DNA of 62,879 bases, taken from positions 1 through 62,879 of the forward strand of contig JBAYGC010000008.1 in NCBI GenBank assembly GCA_041666845.1. The letters are read 5' to 3'. The DNA is from Patescibacteria group bacterium. GTDB lineage: Bacteria; Patescibacteriota; Patescibacteriia; UM-FILTER-42-10. How positions within the stretch are numbered: position 1 is the stretch's first letter; every line of letters starts with the position of its first letter. Made by a program: the position numbers and the translations under genes. The notes under the pieces were generated by a model, which made no database searches, was not told the origin of the DNA, and saw nothing but the letters and a program-made list of their open reading frames with translations. Of this stretch, positions 27,202 through 37,900 are shown one piece after another.

Positions 27202-28306
27202 TTAATTCTTACCGCCCGTTTCCTTTCTTAAGAACGCTTCGATAAAACCCTCCAACTCACCATTCAGTACTTTTTCCGGCTCCACCGTTTCATATTTTGT
27301 CCGATGGTCTTTGACCATTTTATACGGATGTAATACATATGATCGGATCTGATTGCCCCATTCCGCGGATAACGACTCACCCTTCAGTTCATCGGATTTT
27401 TCTTTCCGCTCTTTCAATCTGAGCTGAAACAGTTTATTTTTCAATATTTTTAAGGCAAACTCCCTGTTCTGCATCTGGGAACGCTCATTCTGACAAGCGA
27501 CTGTCAAACCCGTTGGGATGTGGGTAACGCGGACGGCGGAATCGGTGGTATTCACGCTCTGACCGCCGTTGCCTGATGATCGGTAAGTATCGATCCGTAA
27601 TTCATCATCTTTTATTTCTATATCACTAATATCGCCCAGATCCGGAATAACTTCAACCAGCGCAAATGAAGTATGGCGCATTTTCTCCGCATCAAATGGG
27701 GAAATCCTGACCAGGCGATGGACACCCGCTTCCGCTTTCAAATAACCATAAGCCCACAATCCTTTAATCATAATTGTGGCGCTTTTCAGACCCCCCTCCT
27801 GGCCCTTACTTTCCTGAATTATCTTTGCAGAGAATCCCTTTCTTTCAGAAAAACGCAAATACATTCTGAGCAGCATTTCCGACCAATCCTGCGCATCTGT
27901 CCCGCCCGAGCCGGAATGCAACGAAAGAATGGCATCTTTGCGGTCGTATTCCCCGCTCATCAGAGTAAAGAATTCATAATCCTCATATTGTTTAATCAGC
28001 GTCTGGTATTTCTTTTCTACCTCTTCACGCAGATTTACATCCTGATCCGCTTCATCAATTTTTGCAATCTCCAACAAATCATTTACTTCCTTGCTCAGAT
28101 TCTCCCACCTTCGCACTTCTTTTTGAAGTTCATCGGCTCTCCTGCTTACTTCTTTTGCGTTATCCGGATCATCCCAAAAACCGGACTGGCTCATTTCCTG
28201 TTCCAGAATTTTTATTTCCGTCTTTAATTGTTCTAGGTCAAAGAAACCCCCAAATGCCGGAAATTTTTTTCCTCAGCTCTTCAATTTTCTCGATCAGTTC
28301 ACGCAT
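27202..28306 (-). CDS. prfB: Peptide chain release factor 2, requires a programmed +1 frameshift
   Basis: Frame 0 reads MRELIEKIEELRKKISGIWGFL then TGA (28306-28238). The +1 frame continues DLEQLKTEIKILEQEMSQSGFWDDP... into the 330-aa ORF, which carries the SGNGGQSVN (GGQ) and SPF-type motifs. Confidence 0.93.
28237..28252 (-). promoter_or_regulatory. RF2 autoregulatory +1 frameshift site
   Basis: The minus strand reads UGGGGGUUUCUUUGAC: an SD-like GGGGG three nt before the CUU UGA C slippery and stop context, matching the E. coli AGGGGGUAUCUUUGAC pattern. Confidence 0.9.
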
Positions 28307-28307
28307 A

Positions 28308-29498
28308 TTATTCTTTTGAATATTCTTCTAAAACCGCGTCCAGAGTTATTTCTTTTTTATCACGCAGTATTTTCAATTTTACCGTGTCACCAGGCTGATA
28401 CTTTCTGATGATTCTTGCCAGACTGTTCGTTTCGTCGATTCGCTCGCCGTTAATTTCCAGAATGATATCATTTTCCTTCACACCCGCCTTATCGGCCGGA
28501 CTACCCGCGATCACTGCCAAATCCTCCGCTGTACTGCCTTTAACAATCAGAGCGCCATAATCCACATCCAAACTGTTTTTTTCCTTCAGAGCGGCCGTAA
28601 CCGGCACATAGCGGATACCCAAAACCGGGCGTACTATTTTTCCATATTGTTGCACACTAGAAACAACCGTTTTAGCTTCATTAACCGGAATGGCAAACCC
28701 GATTGACTCACCCTGACTGTCGATGGCAGTATTCATGCCGATCACCTGTCCTTCTAAGTTCAATAGCGGGCCACCAGAATTCCCCGGGTTGATTGATGCA
28801 TCGGTCTGGATTACGCCCTCCAGAGTTTCCGTACCGCTCTGACCACTCGCGGTAATCGTGCGGTCAATGCCACTGACCACGCCCCGGGTAACTGTGTTAC
28901 TGTATTCCCCGAGTGAGTTACCGATTGCAATTACCGTCTGACCAATTTTGAGTGAATCAGAATCACCCAGTTCAACTGCCGTCAAATCTGTTGCGTCAAT
29001 ATCCAATATTGCAATATCATTTAACGGATCTGTAGATACCACAGTTGCATTATAACTTTTTCCATCATTTGTAAAAACTGTATAATCTGCGTTGGTAAGT
29101 GAAACTACATGTTTGTTCGTTACGATCATTCCATCAGAAGAAATTATAAATCCAGAACCACTACTGACCTCTTGTTTTCCACTTGGCGGTGTCGTATTGA
29201 AAAAATTAAATGGATTTCCAGTTTGATTATAAATTTCACTCAAATCTTGCGTAGCAACAATACTGACTACCGCCGGACTTACTTTTTCCACGACATCCAC
29301 TGTTGATGAACTTTCTTCAACAACGAAGTTTTTTGTTTCAGGTGATCCGGTTAAATTTAATAACGAGTCGTTATTACTTACAATACTGCCACCAAGCATA
29401 CCGAACAGTATTCCGGCGGAACCGCCAACAAAAAAACTGAGAACAACAGCAATAATAATTGTATTTCGATTGATATTTGAAGATGCTTTATTGTCCAT
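28308..29498 (-). CDS. HtrA/DegP-family serine protease with a PDZ domain
   Basis: 396 aa with a TM anchor, a trypsin-like fold (TNKHV, D..IAIL, GNSGGPL) and a C-terminal PDZ domain. Confidence 0.9.
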   Translation of the reverse strand: MDNKASSNINRNTIIIAVVLSFFVGGSAGILFGMLGGSIVSNNDSLLNLTGSPETKNFVVEESSSTVDVVEKVSPAVVSIVATQDLSEIYNQTGNPFNFFNTTPPSGKQEVSSGSGFIISSDGMIVTNKHVVSLTNADYTVFTNDGKSYNATVVSTDPLNDIAILDIDATDLTAVELGDSDSLKIGQTVIAIGNSLGEYSNTVTRGVVSGIDRTITASGQSGTETLEGVIQTDASINPGNSGGPLLNLEGQVIGMNTAIDSQGESIGFAIPVNEAKTVVSSVQQYGKIVRPVLGIRYVPVTAALKEKNSLDVDYGALIVKGSTAEDLAVIAGSPADKAGVKENDIILEINGERIDETNSLARIIRKYQPGDTVKLKILRDKKEITLDAVLEEYSKE

Positions 29499-29564
29499 TT
29501 TTATCTTTATTAATCCTTATGCGTTTCTTTATTATACGTTGATTTTACGAATAATCAAATAGTA

Positions 29565-29593
29565 CAAACAGGAGCTATTATGCTCCTGTTTTG
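29565..29593. terminator. Hairpin terminator downstream of ftsZ
   Basis: ACAGGAGC-tattat-GCTCCTGT flanked by A and T runs. Confidence 0.75.
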
Positions 29594-29618
29594 TAATACG
29601 CAAACTATATTGTAATTA

Positions 29619-30800
29619 TTACATCATTTTCTTTCGAATAAACGCCGGTATTTCCAGATCCTCTTCTTCTTTCTTTAATTTACTGGCTTTCTTATCTTCT
29701 TTCGGCATTTCCCTGACCGGAGGCACTGTACTTACCGGTGTAGCTGGTGCAGAAGGCGTGACAACATCATTTGACCTGCCAAAGTAATTTACTTCTTGAG
29801 TACTGGAAGGACTATGTTTGAATGCCTTCGGCTTGGAACCCTCACCGAACCCGGTGGCAATGACAGTAACCTTTACTTCATCTTCCAAAGTATCATCAAC
29901 CACAGAACCGAAGATAACTTTCGCATTCGGATCAGCGGACTCTGTAATGATCTTCGCCGCTTCATTTACTTCATACATACCCAAATCGGAACTGCCGGTA
30001 ATCGTAAATAGAACTCCTTTAGCACCTTCGATATCTAGTTCTAATAGAGGACTGTCGATTGCTGCTTTCGCGGCTTCGATTGCTCTGTTTTCGCCACTGG
30101 CACTGCCGATACCCATGAGCGCAGATCCGGTATTTTCCATAATCGCTTTGACATCTGCAAAGTCAACGTTGATCAATCCCGGGACAGTAATTAAATCGGA
30201 GATTCCTTGGACACCTTGTCTTAGAACATCATCGACAATTCCAAACGCGTCAAGCAAGGAAGTCTTCTTATCAACTATCTGTAAAATTCTGTCGTTAGGA
30301 ATTGTAATAATAGCATCAACTTTGTCGCTCAAGTCCCTGAAACCGGAGTCAGCAATGGACTTTCGCTGCGCACCTTCGAAGTCGAATGGTTTAGTTACTA
30401 CTGCTACCGTCAAAGCTCCCAGTTCTTTGGCAATATCCGCAATCACCGGAGCAGCACCCGTGCCGGTACCACCACCGAGCCCGCAGGTGATGAAAACCAT
30501 GTCCGCACCCTTCAGTGTCTCCTTCAGTTCTTCCCGATTCTCCTCGGCTGCTTTCTGACCCAGATCCGGATCCATACCTGCACCTAAACCCCGGGTTGTA
30601 CTTTTACCGATATGTATTTTCTGTGACGCCTGCGAATGATGCAGAGCTTGAGCATCTGTATTGATTGCAACAAAATCAATACCCTTGATCTTTGATGAGA
30701 TCATCCTGTTAATAGCCGAACCTCCGCTACCACCCACACCCAGTACTTTTATCTTGGCAAAAGTTTCGATGTCAGGCTTGATTTCCATACCTTTTTTCAT
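29619..30800 (-). CDS. ftsZ: Cell division protein FtsZ
   Basis: 393 aa with GVGGSGGSAINRM, GGGTGTGAAPVIA and NVDFADV. Confidence 0.97.
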   Translation of the reverse strand: MKKGMEIKPDIETFAKIKVLGVGGSGGSAINRMISSKIKGIDFVAINTDAQALHHSQASQKIHIGKSTTRGLGAGMDPDLGQKAAEENREELKETLKGADMVFITCGLGGGTGTGAAPVIADIAKELGALTVAVVTKPFDFEGAQRKSIADSGFRDLSDKVDAIITIPNDRILQIVDKKTSLLDAFGIVDDVLRQGVQGISDLITVPGLINVDFADVKAIMENTGSALMGIGSASGENRAIEAAKAAIDSPLLELDIEGAKGVLFTITGSSDLGMYEVNEAAKIITESADPNAKVIFGSVVDDTLEDEVKVTVIATGFGEGSKPKAFKHSPSSTQEVNYFGRSNDVVTPSAPATPVSTVPPVREMPKEDKKASKLKKEEEDLEIPAFIRKKMM

Positions 30801-30907
30801 AAAATGATTATGTAATTTTTACTCTTTAATAATAAAAGGTTGCAAAGAAAAATGCAAGCCTTTTTATACACTAAGTGAACACAAAATTTGGACACCCCTA
30901 TTTCTTT

Positions 30908-32149
30908 TTAGGGCATCAAAGATTTAAACCACTTATTCATTTTTCCGGTTACTTCCTTTACTGAAGAAAAGCCGCCTTTAAATGCACGGGTTGATTTGGT
31001 TGTTAATTCTGAGCCCCACAGTACCAAGCCGATCGCAGTAGTGAATGTCGGGTCATTTATTTTATCAATTGCCGTTACTACTTCCAATGGATAACCAATA
31101 TGACACGGCAGTTTGAATATTGATTTGGCTGTTTCTACAATCCCCGGCAGTTTTGCGCCACCGCCGGTCAACACTATTCCGGCCGGCAGTAATCCGCTTC
31201 TGCCGATGTTCTTCAATTCCTTTTCAACCATATCAAATATTTCTTCCAGTCTCGCTTCAATTATTTCAGCGACGTGTTTCTGCGACACGCGTTCGCTTTC
31301 TTGCGGTGAAAATTCACTCAAATCAATTTCTTCACGTTTATTGATTTCATTCGGCAGTGATGATCCGTATTCCAGTTTTACTTTTTCCGCAACATCAATG
31401 GATGTTCTCAGTCCGATTGCAATATCATTTGTAATGTGCCCGGAACCGATCGGCAAAACTGCCGTGTGAATTACGTCACCCTCTTCCATTACCAACAAAC
31501 TGGTAGTCGCCCCGCCGATATTTAAAACGGCTACGCCCAGATCCTTCTGCCTTTTGGTCAGGATTGATTCAGCGGAAGCCAAAACTCCCAATACCAAGTC
31601 ATCGATATCAACACTTGTCCGATAAATACATTTTGTCAGGTTCTTAATTTGGGATGATTGACCGAGAATAATCTCCGCATCAACTTCTAAGCGAATACCG
31701 GTCATACCTGTCGGGTCTTTTATCCCTTTTTGATTGTCTACGGTAAAACTTCTCGGGATAACATGTAAAATTTCATAATTTGGCGGAGTAGAAACTGTCT
31801 GAGCGGCCTCAATCGCCCTCTCCACATCATCTTCCCTTATTTCACCGTCCGCCTTTGCCACGGCAACAATACCATGACTGTCCAGCGAAATAATATGCGA
31901 CCCGCTGATCGCCACATATGAATGCTCAATCGGCATGCCGGTCATCCTTTCCGCCTTTTCTAAACAGGAAGAAATACTGGAAACGGCATCTTCAATGCTA
32001 TTAATCACACCTTTACTGATTCCTTCCGATGGCGCCTCGGCAATGCCAAGTATATGAACTTTGCTGTCGTTTTCATGTTTTTGTCCGACTACTACTCGAA
32101 CCATATTGGACCCTACATCAAGGCCTGTTATTATTTCTTGTTGTGACAT
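30908..32149 (-). CDS. ftsA: Cell division protein FtsA
   Basis: 413 aa with an actin-like ATPase fold (GLDVGSNMVRVVVG, LNIGGATTSL, GIVLTGGGAKLPG), directly upstream of ftsZ. Confidence 0.93.
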   Translation of the reverse strand: MSQQEIITGLDVGSNMVRVVVGQKHENDSKVHILGIAEAPSEGISKGVINSIEDAVSSISSCLEKAERMTGMPIEHSYVAISGSHIISLDSHGIVAVAKADGEIREDDVERAIEAAQTVSTPPNYEILHVIPRSFTVDNQKGIKDPTGMTGIRLEVDAEIILGQSSQIKNLTKCIYRTSVDIDDLVLGVLASAESILTKRQKDLGVAVLNIGGATTSLLVMEEGDVIHTAVLPIGSGHITNDIAIGLRTSIDVAEKVKLEYGSSLPNEINKREEIDLSEFSPQESERVSQKHVAEIIEARLEEIFDMVEKELKNIGRSGLLPAGIVLTGGGAKLPGIVETAKSIFKLPCHIGYPLEVVTAIDKINDPTFTTAIGLVLWGSELTTKSTRAFKGGFSSVKEVTGKMNKWFKSLMP

Positions 32150-32251
32150 GTGATTTTACTCTATTTATTATCTGAGCAATTCTTGTGCTCAACACTGAAA
32201 ATTGTGTTCTCTTTGATTAATATTATACCGAGTATTCGAATTTTCTGCAAA

Positions 32252-32617
32252 TTATTTGAAAAATTGAGGAAGAAAGATGTAGATACCGATCATTATCGCG
32301 CCCAGTGATGCCAATAGCACCACCGCCGCCATAATATCTTTTACTATTTCAACATAGAAATGAACCCTCGGCTTAAGCACATCCACAATCTTTTCAAAGG
32401 CGGTATTGATTAGCTCCAGAATCAGAACCATAAAAATGACCAGTGACAGTAGAATCCTCTCCCAATTTTGCAAGGGAAATACCATCATCAAAATAATTAC
32501 AACAATTCCTGCGATAATCTGAAACCGGAAGTTCTGTTCGTTCTGAAATGCGTACCTTACTCCTTTCATTGCAAATCGGAAGCTTTTTACCAATGTTCTA
32601 AAATTCATAAATGGCAT
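32252..32617 (-). CDS. dgkA: Diacylglycerol kinase / undecaprenol kinase (DgkA family)
   Basis: 121 aa with 3 TM helices, FRFAMKGVRYAFQNEQNFRFQ and ELINTAFEKIVD. Confidence 0.85.
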   Translation of the reverse strand: MPFMNFRTLVKSFRFAMKGVRYAFQNEQNFRFQIIAGIVVIILMMVFPLQNWERILLSLVIFMVLILELINTAFEKIVDVLKPRVHFYVEIVKDIMAAVVLLASLGAIMIGIYIFLPQFFK

Positions 32618-32621
32618 AATC

Positions 32622-33080
32622 TTATCTGTTGTTCAATAAATTCATAATCCTGTCCTCCTGCCTCTCCATTAAATTTGCCCTGATATTCTGCTTGTGTGTA
32701 TAACCCATCAGATGCAGAAATCCATGAACAAACAAAAAACCAAATTCTTTTGAATACGAACTGCTGTTTTCTTTGGCACGCTTTTTCACTACCGGATCCG
32801 TTATTACAATCTCACCGATATATTTTTCTTTTTGTACCGGCGATATGAATGAATTTCTGCGATTTTTGGAAACCGTCTCCTCGAAGGACAACACGCTTGG
32901 AACGCTTTCAACACCCCGACAAGACTTATTCAACGCCCTTCCTGTTTTTGCGCTGACAATCGCAACAGAAATGCTGATTGAATTACTCTTTCTTAAAGCA
33001 CGCAAAGCAGTTTTAACAAGTTGAACTACCTGACCTTCTTCCACCGGACTATTGACTTCCTTATATAGTTCTACTTGCAT
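32622..33080 (-). CDS. ybeY: rRNA maturation endoribonuclease YbeY
   Basis: 152 aa with the zinc motif HGFLHLMGYTH. Confidence 0.9.
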   Translation of the reverse strand: MQVELYKEVNSPVEEGQVVQLVKTALRALRKSNSISISVAIVSAKTGRALNKSCRGVESVPSVLSFEETVSKNRRNSFISPVQKEKYIGEIVITDPVVKKRAKENSSSYSKEFGFLFVHGFLHLMGYTHKQNIRANLMERQEDRIMNLLNNR

Positions 33081-33098
33081 ACGTATTTAATAATTGCA

Positions 33099-34193
33099 TC
33101 AACTATTCACATTACCAGTGTTTGTATTACTTGTATTTACATTACTAATATTGGTATTGCTGATATTTGTATTACTATTAGTGCTACTGGGCTGCGTTAT
33201 TTCGAAACTTTCATACATCATCTCAAAGGTTTTTCGGAAACTGGCTTCGGTTCGTGTGCCGTAATTGTACGTAATAATATAAATATTATCATCAGTGGCC
33301 AGATATACTGTTTTCCCATCAATACCAATTACCCCCTCCTTACCCTTCCAAGTTTCAAATGAAGTAACAGTCTGACTGTCTAGTTCCGGATACTGGGCCA
33401 AATACCACTCTTTTGCAGTCTGGGAAGAAGGATTGTTTGCCACCAAAACTTCCACAAACTCGGCCAAGCTGGATGTAAATAGTACTTCTTTATTTGTCTG
33501 ATCAGTCGCCTGTGCTATCCAACTCAGTGGATATAATATCTTATAATTGAATGTTTTATTAATATACTCCCCAATAGTAGTCATCTCGCTAATCTTGCCG
33601 ACACCATCCGGATTATAGCCACTACCTACTTCAATCCCGTCAGAGTACCTGTCGCTATCCGTATCCGGCTTGTTTGGTTCAGTGCCGAAAGCTTCTTCTT
33701 CCGCATCAGTAAGATCATCACGATCCGTATCCCTGCTATTAACAATCGTTGTGTTAGTATTCAAGGTAGTTCCTGAATTGGTATTCAGATTACTATTCTG
33801 ATTCTGATTACTGTTGATATTCAGGTTGGAATTTGAATTCTGACTGTTGGTATTTTCATTCAAGTTTGCATTAGTGTTGCCATTCTGATTGGCGATATTG
33901 GTATTTTGATTTAACACCGCTTGATTTTGATTTTCATCCGCAATGTTTGTGTTTTTATCACCCATTATTTTCTGAAACATGAAGGCGGCCAGTACACCCA
34001 ATACCAGCATTAACGCAACCGCTCCAATAATAATTAATGGGAGATTTTTTTTCGATTTACCCTTGGTTTTTGCTACTCCGCTGTGAAACCTGGCCGGGAT
34101 AGTATGGATTTCGCCCATACTTTTCTTTTCATTCTTATTTTGAAATTTTTCCTCTCCTGAATTACCAGTCAAAGGATTTTGGTCATTGTCCAT
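33099..34193 (-). CDS. Single-pass membrane protein with an Asn-rich linker, TSP3-like Ca-binding repeats and a C-terminal globular domain
   Basis: 364 aa with a TM helix LPLIIIGAVALMLVLGVLAAFMF, long N/T-rich tracts and DTDRDDLTDAEE / DTDSDRYSDGIEV repeats. It is a paralog of 34203-34913. Confidence 0.7.
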   Translation of the reverse strand: MDNDQNPLTGNSGEEKFQNKNEKKSMGEIHTIPARFHSGVAKTKGKSKKNLPLIIIGAVALMLVLGVLAAFMFQKIMGDKNTNIADENQNQAVLNQNTNIANQNGNTNANLNENTNSQNSNSNLNINSNQNQNSNLNTNSGTTLNTNTTIVNSRDTDRDDLTDAEEEAFGTEPNKPDTDSDRYSDGIEVGSGYNPDGVGKISEMTTIGEYINKTFNYKILYPLSWIAQATDQTNKEVLFTSSLAEFVEVLVANNPSSQTAKEWYLAQYPELDSQTVTSFETWKGKEGVIGIDGKTVYLATDDNIYIITYNYGTRTEASFRKTFEMMYESFEITQPSSTNSNTNISNTNISNVNTSNTNTGNVNS

Positions 34194-34202
34194 ATTTATA
34201 CT

Positions 34203-34913
34203 TTAGTTTGATTGATTTATATTATTTATCTCATCTTCAATATTTAAGAGCTTTCCTGGTCCGTTCGGATCAAATCCGGCTTTTACCTCCTTACCATCCA
34301 GATAAGTGTCGCTGTCCGTATCGGAATCAAGCGGATCGGTATTGTATACTTTGACTTCTTCATAATCAAAAAGTTCATCACTGTCCGTATCCGGCCTTTG
34401 GATGCTGGTACCCAGCTGTTTCTCCTCGGAATCTAAAAGTCCGTCACCGTCCGTATCTCCACTTTGACTTGAATTGGTATTGGCGTTCGAGTTATTAATA
34501 TTTACCGCCTGATTAGTATTAGTATTAACGTTGGTATTCAGATTTGTATTAGTGGTATTTGTATTGTTAACGTTGTTATTAGCATTGTCTTTATTGCCCA
34601 TGAAAAAGTAATACGCCAAGCCACCGCCAACCACAACTATTAATAATACTAGAACCAGTATCATGATCATTTTTCTACTGTTTTTTGGCTTCGGCACTTC
34701 AGCGCCGGGAATTTCCGCGAGCGGATTGGGTGGTGGAACCATCGTCGGATTCGCTGTCGGACGAGGCGCTAAAGGAGGCACAACTCCTCCACCAACCGGC
34801 GGCATACTGGTCATAAGTGACGGTGTTTCCGTTGTCGCGTCAGTTTCCTCAAAGATGTCCTCCGCGGGATCACCCATGGGGAAATTTGATAATGGTGTTG
34901 TTGAATCTGGCAT
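34203..34913 (-). CDS. Single-pass membrane protein with a Pro-rich N-terminus, an Asn-rich linker and TSP3-like repeats
   Basis: 236 aa with a TM helix MIMILVLVLLIVVVGGGLAYYFF and repeats DTDGDGLLDSEE, DTDSDELFDYEE and DSDTDSDTYLDGKE. Confidence 0.7.
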   Translation of the reverse strand: MPDSTTPLSNFPMGDPAEDIFEETDATTETPSLMTSMPPVGGGVVPPLAPRPTANPTMVPPPNPLAEIPGAEVPKPKNSRKMIMILVLVLLIVVVGGGLAYYFFMGNKDNANNNVNNTNTTNTNLNTNVNTNTNQAVNINNSNANTNSSQSGDTDGDGLLDSEEKQLGTSIQRPDTDSDELFDYEEVKVYNTDPLDSDTDSDTYLDGKEVKAGFDPNGPGKLLNIEDEINNINQSN

Positions 34914-34934
34914 AAATTTTCCTAATAATAATTA

Positions 34935-37900
34935 TTAACTTGGTGGTGACCAATTAGTAATCCAAAAGTTATCCGTGGCTTCAGCTGAATAGTTGAAACA
35001 AGGGCAGTTTGAGCCGGTGTACCCCATACAGGCATCCAAGCCAAAGAACCGGCCAGGCCATGCTGAAGTGTTAAATCCTCCAGTTCCGACATATTCCAAA
35101 TTCGTGAACAAATACGCGTTTGTTGATTCCTTAAGATATGCGTATGTGTGAGAACCGGTCGGACAATTAAACGTATGCGCGGTATCGTTCCAGCAAGTGC
35201 CTGCCGGATCATAAGGCGGAACCGCACAATTGACAGTAGGATTATTGAATTCATTAATTGGATCAAGTGGCGGATTCATTCCGATTGCGTTACCGAATTC
35301 CGCCATCCATGACGGCCATTTGCTGGAAGTTAACCCCGGCAGGAAAGTGCCCGCGGCAAGCTCCGGAAAATCACCATTGTTAAATTGGTAATTCAACAGG
35401 AGATATCCGATTTCACCTAAATCGGTTACCCGTTTCGTATCCCGGACTATACACTCCTTGTTTGTATCGCCAGGCGCAAGAGCACATACATTCATGAGGC
35501 TTGCGGGAGCAGAGTTGAAAAACCAATTTTCAACCATTTGATTGTAAATATTTACTGTTTGTCCGTTCGCACTGTCATTATAAGAAACCAGATAAATATT
35601 CGGCCAAAGCGTAGTACCCGCGAGATTAGTCGCGGCTACATAAATAGTCCTGCCCGCCCGACAGGCCTGATAGCCATCCACTGCATTAATTGGAACACAC
35701 GAACCGGTATCCTCGGGAAACATCTGATTGAACCATGCTGAAGGCGAGAGGAAGCTTTGATTTTCCATTACCCTGATTCCTATTACATCACCAGATGTAT
35801 TTGCGCTAGTGCAGGAAGCAACGTCTGAATCACATGTTGAGAAGAAAACTTCCCTCAATAATTCATCAACACCATTAATGGTCGGCGTATGATTGACATT
35901 GATTATTGGATTAGCCATGCCAGGTAGTCCTCCGTCACGACAATAGTATGTAGTAAAATTTTGCGGCTCAATAACCGATACCCCGGCCGGATACATATAG
36001 TTCGGATTATTGGGCCATGGATTATCACATGACTCCACTCTGGCGTTCACAATCGCCGATCCAGAACCCGCAGCACCTAAGTCCACATCTGCTCTGATTT
36101 GCTCAGTGCCATCCAGACCCAATGTGCCCACGTGAGTAAACCGATTATTTGGAGATTCCACATTTAACACACCATTTGTGCTTGAACCGCTCCAGTCATA
36201 TGTAGCACCTGTAAGTAAATAATTTCCTGACGCATCCACAGCAGATGCAATATATCGGTGCTGATTGCCGTTAATTACACTCGTCATATCGTCAGCACAA
36301 TCATTTCTTTTACAAGTATACATATCCTGAGATGCATTGTATGTCGTAGTTGGTCCAGGCATATACTGAATATCAACTTTAACGTGATCAATATTACATA
36401 ACGTATCTCCGGCTGTAAAATGAGATACATAGTCACTAGACATGCCAATAAAATATTGATTAGCTGCCCGAGCATTAATTGTTATTGTAAATGAATGGCT
36501 GGCTGGCCACGGTAAATCCGGTGAGAATTGAAAGATGGTGTGATCATCGCTAAAATAGCTGGTTAATGTCCCATCAATTAATAAAGAAGTGGAGTCGTCA
36601 GTAACTGTAAATACCCCTAAATCAGTAACAGAACCTTCGTCCATAATCTGATCAAACTCAACCACGATACCCCGATTCATACAGACATCAGTTTCGCCGT
36701 CGTACGGGTTTATACTAACCACATTTGGTCTGCTGGAACAGCACATTGTTCCCCCACCCATATCACCACAACCGATATTGGCAGGGTCGCCACACTGAGC
36801 ATCTGTAGTACAACCACAATAGAGACCCCGATCATTCGCACCGCCCAAGCAATCTCCCTGATTTACCATACAGGTTAGACCGTTATATGTATCTCCTGGC
36901 CGGCAGCAAAAACGGCAATCGTCACCTGCTATTGCATCCATCGGTAATTCACCGGTATTACTGATGCACTCATAACCGGATGGTGGGTATATCGGACCAA
37001 GTGAACAATTAGGATGAGAAGATATTTGGCACAGGTCGCCCGGTAAGCCACCACTGCACATAGCGGAGTCCGAACATTGTCCGGCATAACAACATCCGGT
37101 TGAACATTCGGTATTATCGGCACAAGTGACATAAAAATTTACCGGATTACTACCATTGACCGTTACGCCATTTGAGCCGATGCTAGAGACAGCATTTGAA
37201 GGAATATCTATGCCCTCAACCAAAGTATCACTCCAATCAGTTAATATTCCAGACCAAGTTGACCGACCACCTGCATCATTTAAAAAACTAACGTTGCCGG
37301 AAGTACCAAATCCTTCCCCCACTGCCGCGGTCGCATCTGTTTCCCCCTGTTTTCCGTCAGACGGGTCAAGATAACAAAGATTTGGAGTCGAGGGACCACC
37401 TATGGTAAAACCGCTAAGGGTAGTCGTATTGCCATACTGGTTTGTAAGACGAATTGGTCCGCTAATAGCGTCATCACTCGTGTCAGCTGTATCTTCATTC
37501 GGTACTTCCACTACTACAGAATCATCTGTCCAAGTTGATCCGGCTGGTCCGCAAATTGCCGGGAAGATAGCATTAACCCACGGTGTCCCGGTAAATTCAA
37601 CATTTGCCGAACCAGTATAAGTGCCAAACATACATCCCGCAATTGTCACAAAATTACCTACCGGAGCACTAATAGGATTGATACTCTGAATAACTGGCGA
37701 ACAATGTGGTGTCGGGCTAAGCATACAAACACTACCCGGGCAGCTTGAACAATCTGCATCGTCCTGACAAAAGGTACGATCAACAGTAAGCTGACGTGCT
37801 GCCGGTGGAATTGAAGTGCCAGCAGCAGAACTATTAACTGTGACAGTTCCATCGACACCAGTAGCTAAATATGTGTAATTTGCCTGATTTGTTTGAGGAC

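Noticed and set aside
29818-30558. A 246-aa ORF antisense to ftsZ. Similar long antisense or off-frame ORFs lie inside the giant genes, for example 5570-6058, 4505-4834 and 40537-40974.
   Set aside because: They lie entirely within well-supported genes and have Ser/Leu/Phe/Ile-rich compositions typical of antisense translation of AT-rich coding DNA. They have no independent start signals.
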